This document shows, piece after piece, positions 1-11,975 of a DNA stretch of 52,571 nt (position 1 is its first letter; every line of letters begins with the position of its first letter). Under the pieces are notes generated by a model. That model had not been told where the DNA came from. It did no database searches and saw only the letters and a list, made by a program, of their open reading frames with translations. Where the stretch lies: assembly GCA_945787615.1 (NCBI GenBank), contig CALZJI010000062.1, positions 1 to 52,571 of the forward strand, read 5' to 3'. The position numbers and the translations under genes were made by a program. Source of the DNA: an uncultured Chromatiaceae bacterium. Its GTDB lineage: Bacteria > Pseudomonadota > Gammaproteobacteria > JAADHS01.

Positions 1-959
1 AACTAACCGGCGTGTTGAAGGTTCCTGATCAATCGGATGCTCCCTTGGTACTGGACCTTGAGCATTTCTACCTAGAAACGCTACCTCATGGCGAGTCGTC
101 CACGATGACAGATCCGCGGACGTTGCCACCTATTCACGTGAAAAGTAAGCAATTTTCCTTAGATGAGATGAACTTTGGGACGTTGAATATGGTTACGACA
201 AGAATTCCGACCGGATTACGCGTTTCGAGTTTGTCAATGGAGAACGGGCCAACGCGTATAGAAGCGCAAGGAGATTGGGTCGTTGACGCGGGTGAGCAAA
301 CGTCGTCACTTAACATAAACCTAGACAGCGCGAACATGGGACAAACTCTTGCTGTACTTGGGTATGCGGACACCATTCATGAAGGAACATCGCGAGCAGA
401 AATCAGTGCGAGGTGGTCGGGCGCGCCGGGCGATTTCTCAATGGCGCGTTTAAACGGGCATGTGCAACTGAAAATTGATAATGGCCGATTGCTGGAGGTG
501 GAGCCTGGAGCGGGTCGCATTTTCGGCTTATTGAGCTTGCAAGCGTTACCGAGGCGGCTAGCCTTAGATTTTAGTGACTTCTTTGCGAAAGGATTTAGTT
601 TTGACAAGATTAGGGGGGGGTTTACGATTGAGGACGGTAAGGCGCATACGGATAATCTGACTATGGAGGGTCCCGCCGCTTCCGTGTCGGTAACCGGTCG
701 TATTGATCTCGCCGAAAAACGCTACGATCAACGGGTCAAGGTTGTTCCTAACGTAACCGCACCGCTTCCGATAACTTTCATCGCTATTGGGGTTGTAACA
801 AATCCGGTGGCGGGTGTTGCCGCATGGCTCGCCGAGAAGTTGATTCGCAAGCCGGTAGGGACCATCACCCAGGTGACCTATAATGTCACTGGATCGTGGG
901 ACGACCCGGTGATAGAGCGGGTCAGCCGTGCGGATCTCACGACCGAAACAACCGAGTAA
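1..959 (+). CDS. yhdP: YhdP/AsmA-like envelope protein, C-terminal ~315 aa only. The 5' end lies outside the window.
   Basis: Frame 3 is open from base 3 to the TAA at 957-959, so the GTG at 12 in the track is not a real start. The segment GAGRIFGLLSLQALPRRLALDFSDFFAKGFSFD is typical of the YhdP family C-terminus. The yhdP-nit-tldD-pmbA order matches known synteny. Confidence 0.75.
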   Translation, partial: LTGVLKVPDQSDAPLVLDLEHFYLETLPHGESSTMTDPRTLPPIHVKSKQFSLDEMNFGTLNMVTTRIPTGLRVSSLSMENGPTRIEAQGDWVVDAGEQTSSLNINLDSANMGQTLAVLGYADTIHEGTSRAEISARWSGAPGDFSMARLNGHVQLKIDNGRLLEVEPGAGRIFGLLSLQALPRRLALDFSDFFAKGFSFDKIRGGFTIEDGKAHTDNLTMEGPAASVSVTGRIDLAEKRYDQRVKVVPNVTAPLPITFIAIGVVTNPVAGVAAWLAEKLIRKPVGTITQVTYNVTGSWDDPVIERVSRADLTTETTE

Positions 960-1160
960 TATTGCTCCGGTGGAGAGGTTGGAGAACGTGTTTCACGTCA
1001 GTGGGTCTTATGAGTAATCACGTATCGCGTTGCGCCGGAATTCTCGGCAAACTCCGTCAAATACCTCACCGCGTGTGAATGTATTGGATAAGAATTTGCT
1101 CATGTTGAGAATTTAGGCTACGGCTAAAGTAACTATTCAGCCCAATTAAAAAGTGAGTAT

Positions 1161-1280
1161 GTAACTGTTCAGATTGCCCCTGATGTGTTCGAGTACAAAG
1201 AGAAAACGCGAAGTTTACACGTGTAAATGAGCATTTTTAACGCCGTAATCGGGCAAATCAGGGGCGAGCCGAATAGTTAC
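1161..1280. repeat. 120-bp palindromic element with 24-bp terminal inverted repeats (type 2)
   Basis: GTAACTGTTCAGATTGCCCCTGAT at 1161-1184 matches the reverse complement of 1257-1280 (GTAACTATTCGGCTCGCCCCTGAT) at 20 of 24 positions. There is an internal TTTACACGTGTAAA palindrome. Extra half-sites occur at 1129-1143 and 1397-1406. Confidence 0.45.
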
Positions 1281-1423
1281 CGGCTAAACAGCAATAAGTG
1301 CGAAGAATACCGTTAAATGGTATTCTCGTAGGTGTAGGCTAATTTGCTGCGAGTCGGTTATTTAGTCATAAATCGTAGAGTTGTTAGCGGATGTGGTAGT
1401 TACCGGATAAGGGTGAGAGTAGT

Positions 1424-2251
1424 ATGGCGCGTGTCGCAGCGATTCAGATGGCATCGGGTCCGAATGTAAGTGCGAACCTCTTAGAGGCGGCAAGGCTTGT
1501 TGGTATGGCTGTTGACGGTGGTGCGAACTTGGTGGTTTTGCCTGAAAATTTTGCCATCATGGGTATGTCCGAGACCGACAAGATTGATATCCGCGAGCCT
1601 GATGGAAATGGGCCGATACAAGAATTTCTTGCCCAGCAGGCAGCAAAACACGGCGTTTGGCTCGTCGGCGGGACTATTCCTCTGGTTGCTGATCAGAAAG
1701 ACAAGGTGCGGGCGGCGTGTTTGTTGTTTGACGAGGCGGGAAATCGCATTGCCCGTTACGACAAGATTCATCTCTTCGATGTTTCTTTGGATGAAGGGGA
1801 GGAAAAATACGACGAGTCTCAGACTATCGAGCATGGCAAGAATGTTGTCGTTATCGATACACCGTTCGGTAAGCTTGGCTTAGCTGTCTGTTATGACCTT
1901 CGGTTTCCAGAACAATTCCGCCACATGCTGGAACGCGGTATGGAATTAGTTGTTGTGCCGTCGGCTTTCACCGCGATAACGGGGCGTGCGCATTGGGAAG
2001 TGTTAGTACGCGCGCGCGCTATTGAAAACTTATGTTACGTCATCGCGGCGGCACAAGGCGGCTACCACGTGAACGGCCGGGAAACCCACGGTGACAGTAT
2101 GATTGTTGACCCGTGGGGCGTCGTGTTGGATCGCTTACCACGTGGCTCGGGGATTGTAAGCGCCGAGATCGACGAGGAACGGTTAGTTAACACCCGGCGG
2201 AACTTCCCCGCCATCGCGCACCGAAAGCTAAGTTGCGGCGAAGTGGGCTAA
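1424..2251 (+). CDS. Carbon-nitrogen hydrolase (nitrilase superfamily, Nit/omega-amidase-like)
   Basis: 275 aa. The catalytic E-K-C context is present: VVLPENF, YDKIHLFD, LAVCYDLRFPE. The position between yhdP and tldD is as expected. Confidence 0.85.
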   Translation: MARVAAIQMASGPNVSANLLEAARLVGMAVDGGANLVVLPENFAIMGMSETDKIDIREPDGNGPIQEFLAQQAAKHGVWLVGGTIPLVADQKDKVRAACLLFDEAGNRIARYDKIHLFDVSLDEGEEKYDESQTIEHGKNVVVIDTPFGKLGLAVCYDLRFPEQFRHMLERGMELVVVPSAFTAITGRAHWEVLVRARAIENLCYVIAAAQGGYHVNGRETHGDSMIVDPWGVVLDRLPRGSGIVSAEIDEERLVNTRRNFPAIAHRKLSCGEVG

Positions 2252-2517
2252 GGTGAAACGACTTGCTAGCGTACATAACTGCTCAAAACCGATTACAGGG
2301 AAAGTGCGCGCCACTTGCCCTTTAATGTTGATCGGGCTGTGGTCGTCGGTCTATAGTGCGGCGAAATGATTTGCGGGACAAAAACTTTGACAACCCCGAT
2401 TGATTGCCCATGAAAGGACCATGCGAGATAGTATAGATCGGGATTATAGATCAAGAGGGCTGATTCTTATTCAGTCGAAATAGGACTTTGGCTTATACAT
2501 AAGTATGTTTTCCGTTT

Positions 2518-2678
2518 AGGGCCGCGGAAATAAATAATTATCCAAAGATTGCGCCGGGTTTTGGCTCAGATTCAAGGCGCGACAAGGGGCCCATAATCGC
2601 TTTATGTAACCCTTGCCGCAACACAGAGGCTGGGCCAAAAGACAAGCAAGATTGGATGATTATTTGTTTCCGTGGCCC
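2518..2678 (-). mobile_element. MITE-like hairpin element, full-length copy A (161 bp), inverted relative to copies B and C
   Basis: Termini are GGGCCGCGGAAATAAATAATTATCC ... GGATGATTATTTGTTTCCGTGGCCC. It aligns end to end with 5817-5975 and 18399-18555 in reverse complement. It is flanked by TTA on both sides. Confidence 0.85.
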
Positions 2679-2959
2679 TTACGTGAAACGGGTGTTAGCG
2701 CGTGCGCTCGCCGTCTGTGTCGGTCTGGCGCTTTGATAGCTTGAGAATTGGGCCAAAGGTATAAATAGTACAACTGTATATGTTCGCGTGAAATACGCTA
2801 ATCGGGGGGCGTCGATGGGTGACGTCCACGTGTCTTCGGCAATTGAGCGCGCGAAGCTATGCGGCTTTATGGTGTGGTCTTACATTGGTCTACCGTTCTC
2901 GTGTTTGATCGCGCTGAGTGATAATAGGCGAGCAGTTTTTTCTAAAGTGGTTGCGGATT

Positions 2960-4405
2960 ATGAGCGATACATTTGACATTGCACGTGGGTTACTTTTAGA
3001 TTCCGGCAATTTAACGGAAGGTCAGCTCCACGATGTACTGGGGCAGGCGTTAACCCACTCTATTGATTATGCAGATCTGTACTTCCAGGTGAATCGTCAT
3101 GAGTCATGGGTGTTAGAAGATGGCATTGTAAAAGAAGGTTCCCACGGTTTGGATCGCGGCGTAGGCGTAAGGGCGGTGAGCGGCGAGAAGACCGGTTTTG
3201 CCTACTCTGACGAAATCACGCTGGGCGCATTGACCGATGCTGCAACGACGGCGCGTAATATCGCGCGCTCGGGACAGGAAAAGCGCGTCCAAGCATGGGC
3301 TGCGTCCCCACATCCCATGCTGTATGAGCCCGTTGACCCCATTGGTACCCTTACGGAGCATGATAAAGTTGAGTTGTTGAGTCGGTTGGATGCCGAGGCG
3401 CGAAAGCAGGATCCGCGCGTTAAACAAGTCATTGTGAGCCTAACAGGGGTGCATGATGCGGTCTTGGTTGCGGCCAGCGACGGGACGTTAGCAGCCGATG
3501 TCAGGCCTCTCGTGCGTTTAAACGTTAGCGTTGTCGTGGAGCAGGATGGACGACGTGAAGTCGGATATACGGGCGGCGGGGGCCGTTACGGCTACGACTA
3601 TTTTCTCGCTGGTGAGCGGGCTACAGGGTATGCGCGCGAAGCCGTCCGCCAAGCGTTGGTTAATCTTCAAGCCCGAGAGGCGCCGGCGGGGACGATGAAT
3701 GTTGTTCTTGGGCCTGGCTGGCCCGGCGTTTTGCTTCATGAGGCGATTGGGCACGGGCTAGAAGGCGATTTTAATCGCAAAGGGACGTCTGCATTTTCCG
3801 GTCGCGTGGGCGAGCGGGTGGCGTCGGAGCAATGTACCGTTGTCGATGACGGTACCCTGCCCAACCGGCGGGGTTCGTTAACGACGGATGACGAGGGCGT
3901 GCCGGCCCAGACTACCGTGTTAATCGAGGACGGTATTCTGAAAGGTTATATGCACGATAAACTCAATGGGCGCCTTATGGGTGTAACCTCGACGGGAAAC
4001 GGTCGTCGTGAGTCGTACGCTCATCTGCCTATGCCGCGCATGACAAATACCTATATGTTAGCGGGGCGGTATGACCCGCAAGAAATCATCGCTTCAGTGG
4101 ACAAAGGGCTCTATGCGGTCAATTTTGGCGGTGGACAAGTGGATATTACCTCAGGTAAATTTGTATTCTCCGCCAGTGAAGCTTATGTTATCGAGAAAGG
4201 TAAGATCAGTTATCCCGTCAAGGGTGCAACCCTCATCGGGAACGGACCAGACGTGCTTACTCGAGTTACAATGGTGGGTAAAGATTTAGCGTTAGACGAA
4301 GGTGTCGGGACGTGCGGGAAAGAGGGGCAAAGTGTTCCCGTTGGCGTCGGTCAACCCACGCTTCGTGTCGACGGTTTAACGGTAGGCGGGACAACGGGCG
4401 GTTAA
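2960..4405 (+). CDS. tldD: Metalloprotease TldD
   Basis: The [11 protein letters not shown] zinc motif is present and the whole length looks TldD-like. The ATG at 2960 ([13 protein letters not shown]) is preferred over the track start at 2918. Confidence 0.9.
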   Translation: MSDTFDIARGLLLDSGNLTEGQLHDVLGQALTHSIDYADLYFQVNRHESWVLEDGIVKEGSHGLDRGVGVRAVSGEKTGFAYSDEITLGALTDAATTARNIARSGQEKRVQAWAASPHPMLYEPVDPIGTLTEHDKVELLSRLDAEARKQDPRVKQVIVSLTGVHDAVLVAASDGTLAADVRPLVRLNVSVVVEQDGRREVGYTGGGGRYGYDYFLAGERATGYAREAVRQALVNLQAREAPAGTMNVVLGPGWPGVLLHEAIGHGLEGDFNRKGTSAFSGRVGERVASEQCTVVDDGTLPNRRGSLTTDDEGVPAQTTVLIEDGILKGYMHDKLNGRLMGVTSTGNGRRESYAHLPMPRMTNTYMLAGRYDPQEIIASVDKGLYAVNFGGGQVDITSGKFVFSASEAYVIEKGKISYPVKGATLIGNGPDVLTRVTMVGKDLALDEGVGTCGKEGQSVPVGVGQPTLRVDGLTVGGTTGG

Positions 4406-4424
4406 AGGCGAGTGGAAGAGAATA

Positions 4425-5747
4425 ATGTCGGATAGATCGCAATTGGAAGGACTGGTCAACCAACTCTTAGATGAAGCGAAAGTTCAGGGCGCTACAGCGG
4501 CTGAAGCGGATGTTAGCCTTGTGACGGGTTTGTCGACGACCGTTCGTTTAGGCGAGGTCGAGACCATTGAGCACAATCGAGATCGCGGTTTAGCGGTAAC
4601 CGTCTATGTTGGTCAACGTAAAGGCTCGGCGAGCACCTCGGACTTTAGCGCATCGGCCGTCAAGGAAGCCGTTTCTGCGGCCTGTGGGATTGCGAGATAC
4701 ACGGCAGAAGACGGGTATGCAGGGCTTGCGGATCCAGAGCTTATGGCCTATGAATATGCGGATTTGGATCTGTATCATCCATGGGATCTTAACGCCGAGC
4801 ATGCCATCGAGTTGGGTCAAACGTGTGAAGCGGCGGCCCGTGATTTTGACAGGCGTATAACCAATTCAGAAGGCGCCAGTGTTTCCATGCATGAAGGCGT
4901 GCGCGTGTACGGTAACAGCCATGGTTTCGTTGGCTCCTACCCCACGAGCCGTCATAGTGTTAGTTGTTCCGTTATCGCCCAGGAGGGTGAGGCTATGCAG
5001 CGGGATTACTGGTACAGCACCACGCGGTCTGCCGAGGATTTAGAAGGCGTTGAGTCGATCGGTAGCCATGCCGCAGAAAGGGCGGTTCGGCGTTTGAACG
5101 GACGCCGCCTAGCCACCTGCCAGTCGGCGGTTGTTTTCGCCGCAGAAGTGGCGAGTAGCTTGTTATCTCACCTAGTGGGGGCCATACGCGGTGAGAGTTT
5201 GTACCGCAACGCCTCATTTCTTGTGGATAGCCTAGGGCAAAGACTATTTCCGAGCATCGTTAACATAAGCGAACAACCCCATTTAACAAAAGCACTGGGT
5301 AGCGCGCCGTTTGACGCCGAAGGTGTACTGACCAGTTCACGGGAGCTGGTGAAAGACGGCGTACTTCAGGGCTACGTTTTGGACAGTTATTCAGCGCGTA
5401 AGCTTGGCATGCAAACCACAGGCAATGCGGGAGGCGTTCACAATTTAATCATCGAGCCGGGACGTAAGGATCTAGCGGAAATGCTAAAGGAAATGGATAA
5501 TGGGTTGCTTGTCACGGAACTAATGGGGCAGGGAGTCAATAAAGTAACAGGTGATTATTCTCGCGGCGCGTCGGGATTCTGGGTTGAGCAAGGCGAGATC
5601 CAGTATCCTGTTGAGGAATTTACGATCGCGGGCAATCTTCGTAATATGTTTTTAGGCGTACGAGAAATCGGTCGGGATGTTGACTTGCGCCGCAATGTTC
5701 GTACAGGGTCTATCCTCATTGAGGAGATGACCATTGCTGGCGCTTAG
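4425..5747 (+). CDS. pmbA: Metalloprotease PmbA (TldE)
   Basis: 440 aa, a TldD paralogue that lacks the HExxxH motif. It lies immediately downstream of tldD. Confidence 0.9.
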   Translation: MSDRSQLEGLVNQLLDEAKVQGATAAEADVSLVTGLSTTVRLGEVETIEHNRDRGLAVTVYVGQRKGSASTSDFSASAVKEAVSAACGIARYTAEDGYAGLADPELMAYEYADLDLYHPWDLNAEHAIELGQTCEAAARDFDRRITNSEGASVSMHEGVRVYGNSHGFVGSYPTSRHSVSCSVIAQEGEAMQRDYWYSTTRSAEDLEGVESIGSHAAERAVRRLNGRRLATCQSAVVFAAEVASSLLSHLVGAIRGESLYRNASFLVDSLGQRLFPSIVNISEQPHLTKALGSAPFDAEGVLTSSRELVKDGVLQGYVLDSYSARKLGMQTTGNAGGVHNLIIEPGRKDLAEMLKEMDNGLLVTELMGQGVNKVTGDYSRGASGFWVEQGEIQYPVEEFTIAGNLRNMFLGVREIGRDVDLRRNVRTGSILIEEMTIAGA

Positions 5748-5816
5748 CGTTACCGGTGTGTATCGCTAGCTCGTTTGTGTCGCCAAGCGTGATTGCGGGC
5801 ATAGGTGGGGGGGTTA

Positions 5817-5975
5817 GGGCCACGGAAAAAAATAATTATCCAACCTTGCTTGTCTTTTTGCTCAGCTTCTGCGTTACGGCAAGTGGCGCATATTCCAATA
5901 TGCGCCACTTGCCGCGCCTTGAATCTGAGCAAAAATCCGGCGCAATCTTTGGGTAATTATTATTTTCCGCGGTCC
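5817..5975 (+). mobile_element. MITE-like hairpin element, full-length copy B (159 bp)
   Basis: Sequence runs GGGCCACGGAAAAAAATAATTATCCAACCTTGCTTG ... CAATCTTTGGGTAATTATTATTTTCCGCGGTCC. The central hairpin CGGCAAGTGGCGCATATT-CC-AATATGCGCCACTTGCCG is a perfect 18 bp. It is flanked by TTA/TTA. Confidence 0.9.
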
Positions 5976-6268
5976 TTAAACAACACGGTTCGCAAACGAA
6001 CAGGGATGTGCTCAAATAATGACTTTACCAACGGTGGCGTGGGAAAATGGCTTCCTCGGGCGCGGTCATGTTAGGCGACCTAGGGGCGTATGTTTTTGTG
6101 ACCATGCTGACTAACGCTACCTCCACGTGGCGCTCTCTTTTTTTCAGCGATTAACTGATCTGCGTAATCGCCCTTGTTATTGTGCGCGTTCGGCACGTTC
6201 TGGAAGCGGTTGGTCGAGATGCGCTTACAGACGTCGCAAGGTTACTGAGACAGTAGGTTTAGTGGGCA

Positions 6269-7105
6269 ATGTCCGATTTTGACGGCAACGGTTGTGTAGG
6301 AAACGGTGATGCGCTTGTGCGGATTCGTGACTTACGTTTTTGTCACGGTCCTCGCGTTATTCTCGATGGCGTGGATATTGATATTCCCCGCGGTAAGGTG
6401 ACGACGATCATGGGGCCGAGTGGTACGGGGAAGACGACATTGTTGCGCCTTATCGGCGGGCAATTAAAGCCCGAAGCGGGATCTATCGTTGTCGACGGGA
6501 AGAATGTTCCAACGCTATCACGTAAGGAATTGTATCGTTTGCGGCGGCGAATGGGGATGATGTTTCAGAGCGGAGCGTTGTTTACCGACCTTTCTGTATT
6601 TGACAATGTTGCGTTTCCACTCCGCGAGCATACAGAACTACCAGAAGAAATCATTCGCGATTTAGTGTTGATGAAGCTACACGCCGTTGGCTTGCGCGGC
6701 GCACGCGATCTGATGCCCGCTGAATTATCGGGTGGGATGGCAAGGCGTGTTGCTTTGGCTCGAGCGATTGCGTTGGACCCGATGATGGTTATGTATGATG
6801 AGCCGTTTACCGGGCAGGACCCGATAACCGTGGGTGTTATCATGCAGCTTATTCGGCGGTTAAATGATAACTTGGGCCTGACGAGTGTCGTGGTTTCACA
6901 TGACGTTAAGGAGGTTTCCGCAATCTCCGATTGCATATATTTAATATCCAATGGCGAGGTCGTAGCGAAGGGTGGACCGGATAAATTGAAGTCTTCCGGC
7001 TCCGCGTGGGCGTATCAATTTCTGAATGCGCAACCTGATGGGCCTGTTCCGTTTCATTATCCAGCGGTCGGTTATAAGGAGGACTTAATGGCTGATGAGT
7101 CGTGA
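6269..7105 (+). CDS. mlaF: Phospholipid ABC transporter ATP-binding protein MlaF
   Basis: Walker A GPSGTGKTT and the ABC signature LSGGMARRV are present. It heads an mlaFEDCB gene order. Confidence 0.9.
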   Translation: MSDFDGNGCVGNGDALVRIRDLRFCHGPRVILDGVDIDIPRGKVTTIMGPSGTGKTTLLRLIGGQLKPEAGSIVVDGKNVPTLSRKELYRLRRRMGMMFQSGALFTDLSVFDNVAFPLREHTELPEEIIRDLVLMKLHAVGLRGARDLMPAELSGGMARRVALARAIALDPMMVMYDEPFTGQDPITVGVIMQLIRRLNDNLGLTSVVVSHDVKEVSAISDCIYLISNGEVVAKGGPDKLKSSGSAWAYQFLNAQPDGPVPFHYPAVGYKEDLMADES

Positions 7106-7331
7106 GGGGTTGTCGCGTCATTGTGAAAACGTAGTATGTCAGACATCTCACTTTCGCATGGTTTATTTCGATGGCCGGGGAGTACCGATTTGCTGACGAA
7201 TTTCTATAGAATCGATCGTTTGTGCAGCTGTAGGTGTAGAGAAACGTTGCGCTGTCAAATCTATGTTGGCTCGCAGTTTGCTTAGGCGGTTGGAACGATA
7301 AGTGCATCTATCATGATAATTAAAGCTTAGG

Positions 7332-8114
7332 ATGTTGAACTGGTTGCAGTTTCTAGGTCGCGGTGGGCTTGATTTTTTTGAGCGACTGGGGCGTGGCCAT
7401 ATGTTCATTGTGCGTGTTTCGGCGGGTTTGCCGGGATTGTTTTTGCAGCCAAGACTTGTAATTCAGCAGCTCTTTTCCGTGGGTGTGCTCTCGTTACAAA
7501 TTATTGCCATTTCGGGACTGACTGTTGGCATGGTGTTGGGACTACAAATGTATAACACGCTTGTTGACTTCGGGGCGGAAGATTCCCTCGGTCCTGTTGT
7601 GGCGTTATCGTTAGTGCGTGAACTCGGCCCCGTGTTAGCGGCATTGCTCTTCGCGGGGAGGGCGGGATCGGCACTCACAGCAGAAATAGGCTTAATGAAA
7701 GCGACCGAACAACTGTCTGGAATGGAGATGATGGCGGTCGATCCCATAAAGCGCGTCGTCGCGCCCCGCTTTCTGGCGGGCGCAATTTCGTTACCGCTAT
7801 TGGCGGCGATCTTCAGCGCCATAGGGATATTGGGGAGTTATTTTGTCGGTATCGGTCTTTTGGGGGTGGATTCCGGAGCATTTTGGTCCCAGATGCAGGC
7901 AAAAGTCGATGTGCAAGAAGACATATTAAATGGCGTCTTAAAGAGTATCGCGTTCGGCGTCGTTGCAACGTGGATCGCCGTATTTGAAGGCTATGATGCG
8001 GTTCCGACAACGGAAGGCGTGAGTCGAGCTACAACGCGAACCGTTGTTCACACTGCTTTTGCCGTGCTTGGATTGGATTTTGTCTTGACGGCGCTTATGT
8101 TCGGAGGCGAATGA
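7332..8114 (+). CDS. mlaE: Phospholipid ABC transporter permease MlaE
   Basis: 260-aa polytopic membrane protein in the MlaE position. Confidence 0.9.
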   Translation: MLNWLQFLGRGGLDFFERLGRGHMFIVRVSAGLPGLFLQPRLVIQQLFSVGVLSLQIIAISGLTVGMVLGLQMYNTLVDFGAEDSLGPVVALSLVRELGPVLAALLFAGRAGSALTAEIGLMKATEQLSGMEMMAVDPIKRVVAPRFLAGAISLPLLAAIFSAIGILGSYFVGIGLLGVDSGAFWSQMQAKVDVQEDILNGVLKSIAFGVVATWIAVFEGYDAVPTTEGVSRATTRTVVHTAFAVLGLDFVLTALMFGGE

Positions 8115-8115
8115 A

Positions 8116-8580
8116 ATGGCTAATCAACGACTTACTGAAATTGCCGTTGGGGTGTTTATCGCTATTGGATTGGCGGCATTAGTGATGTTGGCGATGAAGG
8201 TGAGTAACATCAGTGCACTAACGGAGCGTGACGGATATGAAATAACGGCTAAGTTTGAGAATATCGGTGGATTAAAAGTCAGAGCGCCGGTGAGTATGGC
8301 TGGCGTGCATATCGGTCGCGTCATCGGCGTCACTTTTGAGCAAGAGACCTTTACCGCCGTGGTAAAAATGCGGATTAGGGCGGAATACGACAAGTTACCC
8401 CTCGATACGTCGGCCGGCATCTATACGTCTGGTGTTCTCGGGGAGAGTTATGTGGGTCTAGAGGCCGGTGCGGAAGAAGAAAACCTGATAGATGGTGGTG
8501 AAATTACTCTCACACAGTCCGCCATGATTTTGGAGCAATTGGTGGGTCAGTTTTTGCTCGACAAAGCAGCAGACGAGTAG
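8116..8580 (+). CDS. mlaD: MCE-domain protein MlaD
   Basis: It has an N-terminal TM anchor and an MCE core (GLKVRAPVSMAGVHIGRV). The start lies 1 nt after the mlaE stop. Confidence 0.85.
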   Translation: MANQRLTEIAVGVFIAIGLAALVMLAMKVSNISALTERDGYEITAKFENIGGLKVRAPVSMAGVHIGRVIGVTFEQETFTAVVKMRIRAEYDKLPLDTSAGIYTSGVLGESYVGLEAGAEEENLIDGGEITLTQSAMILEQLVGQFLLDKAADE

Positions 8581-8726
8581 TTGACAGATTTTTCCCGCGG
8601 CAATGCATGCTTTTATTCTGTTTCTACGTATTATCACTTATAATTGGGCATCGTTGCGCATAAACGAGACTGAATTCAGTCGTTACCCTATCCATCATCT
8701 ATCATCGAGGAAACGAACGGTAATTA

Positions 8727-9341
8727 ATGAAACGTTTTACTGGACTGTTGTTATTGGTCCTGTCTATCTCAGCAACGCATATTGCGTCGGGAGCGGTACA
8801 GTCGGCCGAAGAACTGGTGAAGCAAACGGCCGAGCGAATGTTGTCCACATTGCGCGCGGAGAACGACGCACTGGAGCGTAATCCTGATCGGGTTTACGAT
8901 TTGGTCAACGAGATCGTACTGCCTCACTTTGATTTTCCACGTATGGCGAAGCGCGTACTGGGCAAACACTGGCGTAAGGCAACACCTCAGCAACGGAGAG
9001 AATTTACAGAGGCTTTTCGGGATTTGTTGGTGCGAACGTACACCAATTCATTAACCGAGTACGCGGAGCAGGAGATTAACTATCTTCCTCTGCGCGCGAA
9101 GTCAGGCGCAAAGAATGTGACTGTTCGTTCCGAGATAGAGCAACCGGGTAGTACGCCCATTGATGTGAGTTACCGCTTAGGTTGGGTTAGCAATGAGTGG
9201 AAAGTCTATGATGTGTCCATCGAAGGGGTGAGTTTAGTGACCAACTATCGAAGCAGCTTCTCGCGAGAGATCAGCCAGGGCGGATTGGGTGGTTTGATTG
9301 ACGAACTCGCGCGTCGTAGCCAGCAACCTCCCAATGACTAA
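8727..9341 (+). CDS. mlaC: Periplasmic phospholipid-binding protein MlaC (Ttg2D family)
   Basis: 204 aa with a signal peptide. The segment FDFPRMAKRVLGKHWRKATPQQRREF is typical of MlaC. Confidence 0.85.
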   Translation: MKRFTGLLLLVLSISATHIASGAVQSAEELVKQTAERMLSTLRAENDALERNPDRVYDLVNEIVLPHFDFPRMAKRVLGKHWRKATPQQRREFTEAFRDLLVRTYTNSLTEYAEQEINYLPLRAKSGAKNVTVRSEIEQPGSTPIDVSYRLGWVSNEWKVYDVSIEGVSLVTNYRSSFSREISQGGLGGLIDELARRSQQPPND

Positions 9342-9639
9342 CGCAAAAATTGAATCGATAGATAATGGCGTTTGCCGGTTATCGGGTGAATTGGGTTTTT
9401 CCGCGGTGCCTAGGGTCTGGCGCGACTCGGAGCGACTGTTTACGGGATCGCGGCACGTGCTCATTGATCTGGGTGGCGTAACGCGCGCCGACAGCGCGGG
9501 TTTGGCTTTGCTCATCAGCTGGATCCGTATTGCGGAAGAAAAAAAAATATCAATTAAATTCAAGAATATACCTGGACAGTTGTTGGCGATCGCGCGGGTA
9601 AGCGGCGTCGAGGAAATGTTGCCTCAGGACCTCACTTAG
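9334..9639 (+). CDS. mlaB: STAS-domain protein MlaB
   Basis: About 100-aa STAS-like protein. The ATG at 9334 overlaps the mlaC stop, so it is preferred over the track start at 9298. Confidence 0.7.
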   Translation: MTNAKIESIDNGVCRLSGELGFSAVPRVWRDSERLFTGSRHVLIDLGGVTRADSAGLALLISWIRIAEEKKISIKFKNIPGQLLAIARVSGVEEMLPQDLT

Positions 9640-9949
9640 CGCCGTGCCCACCTTCCCGCGGAACCTTAGCCCGCATTTCTCAGATGATCTCGCAGGGATT
9701 TGTTTCCACGGCAATTTCTGGACGGATCGGCATAGTTGCGCTACCTCCGACTGATAAAAATTGCGAGATGAAACGCCTCGGTGCCCTATTGTGGGGTGAA
9801 TAAAAAGCGATAGCGAATTGCAGAATACAGGCGAGAATAAAATGGACTTTTAGCGGATGTGTCTAATTCCAGTGTATAATTCCCTAAAAAGCCCGCGACG
9901 GCGGGTTAACCGAATATCTCTACGCGTACACAGAGCTTATTTTCCCTAA

Positions 9950-11218
<1,269 letters not shown>

Positions 11219-11273
11219 GGGCGTGAACGGCGAGCAGCTAGATAACAGATAACGTGCGAAGTTAAACCAGTCG

Positions 11274-11918
11274 ATGAATGATTCATTAACAATCGCAGTG
11301 TCTAAGGGGCGTATTTACAAAGACGCTTTGCCGTTGCTGGCCCACGCGGGCATTGTACCGAAAGATGCAGACCCAGAGGCCAGTCGCAAGCTGATCCTTG
11401 AAACAAACCTGCCTACCATAAAAATAGTGATTATTCGTACCGCAGATGTTCCAACCTTCGTGGAATACGGCGCTGCAGACCTAGGTATTGCGGGCAAAGA
11501 CGTCCTAATGGAGTACGGTGGCGAAGGGCTTTATGAGCCATTGGACCTAGAGATCGCCCGATGTCGGTTAATGGTGGCCGGTTTCCCATCGACCTCTTCT
11601 GATGGTTGCCGTTTGCGTGTTGCGACGAAATACGTTACGTCCACGCGACGCTATTATGCGGCGCAGGGAAAACAGGTGGAAATAATCAAGTTATACGGGT
11701 CCATGGAATTAGCGCCAATCGTGGGTTTGGCCGACGTGATTGTGGATCTCGTCGATACAGGAAATACGCTGAAAGCGAACGGCCTTTTACCGCTGGAAAC
11801 GATCGCCGATATCAGTTCGCGCCTTATCGTAAATAAAGCCTCCATGAAAATGAAGCACCGTCAAGTTAAAACACTTGTCGAGCGGATGGCGGAGGCCGTT
11901 GAATCAGCGCGCCTCTAG
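11274..11918 (+). CDS. hisG: ATP phosphoribosyltransferase, short form (214 aa)
   Basis: The length and sequence fit short-form HisG, which implies a HisZ partner encoded elsewhere. It is the first gene of the his block. Confidence 0.9.
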   Translation: MNDSLTIAVSKGRIYKDALPLLAHAGIVPKDADPEASRKLILETNLPTIKIVIIRTADVPTFVEYGAADLGIAGKDVLMEYGGEGLYEPLDLEIARCRLMVAGFPSTSSDGCRLRVATKYVTSTRRYYAAQGKQVEIIKLYGSMELAPIVGLADVIVDLVDTGNTLKANGLLPLETIADISSRLIVNKASMKMKHRQVKTLVERMAEAVESARL

Positions 11919-11975
11919 TAGGTCCATATTAGACGTGTAAAAGCATGATCAAACGTTAAAGGAACGAGGAAGGCA

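Noticed and set aside
5750-6074. Three 60-89-aa ORFs (both strands) after pmbA, and similar ones at 18346-18558
   Set aside because: They are read through the MITE hairpin, and the same pseudo-peptides recur wherever the repeat occurs. They reflect the repeat, not genes.
8603-8881. 92-aa ORF overlapping the mlaC start
   Set aside because: It is out of frame with mlaC, which has a signal peptide and family motifs. It has no independent support.
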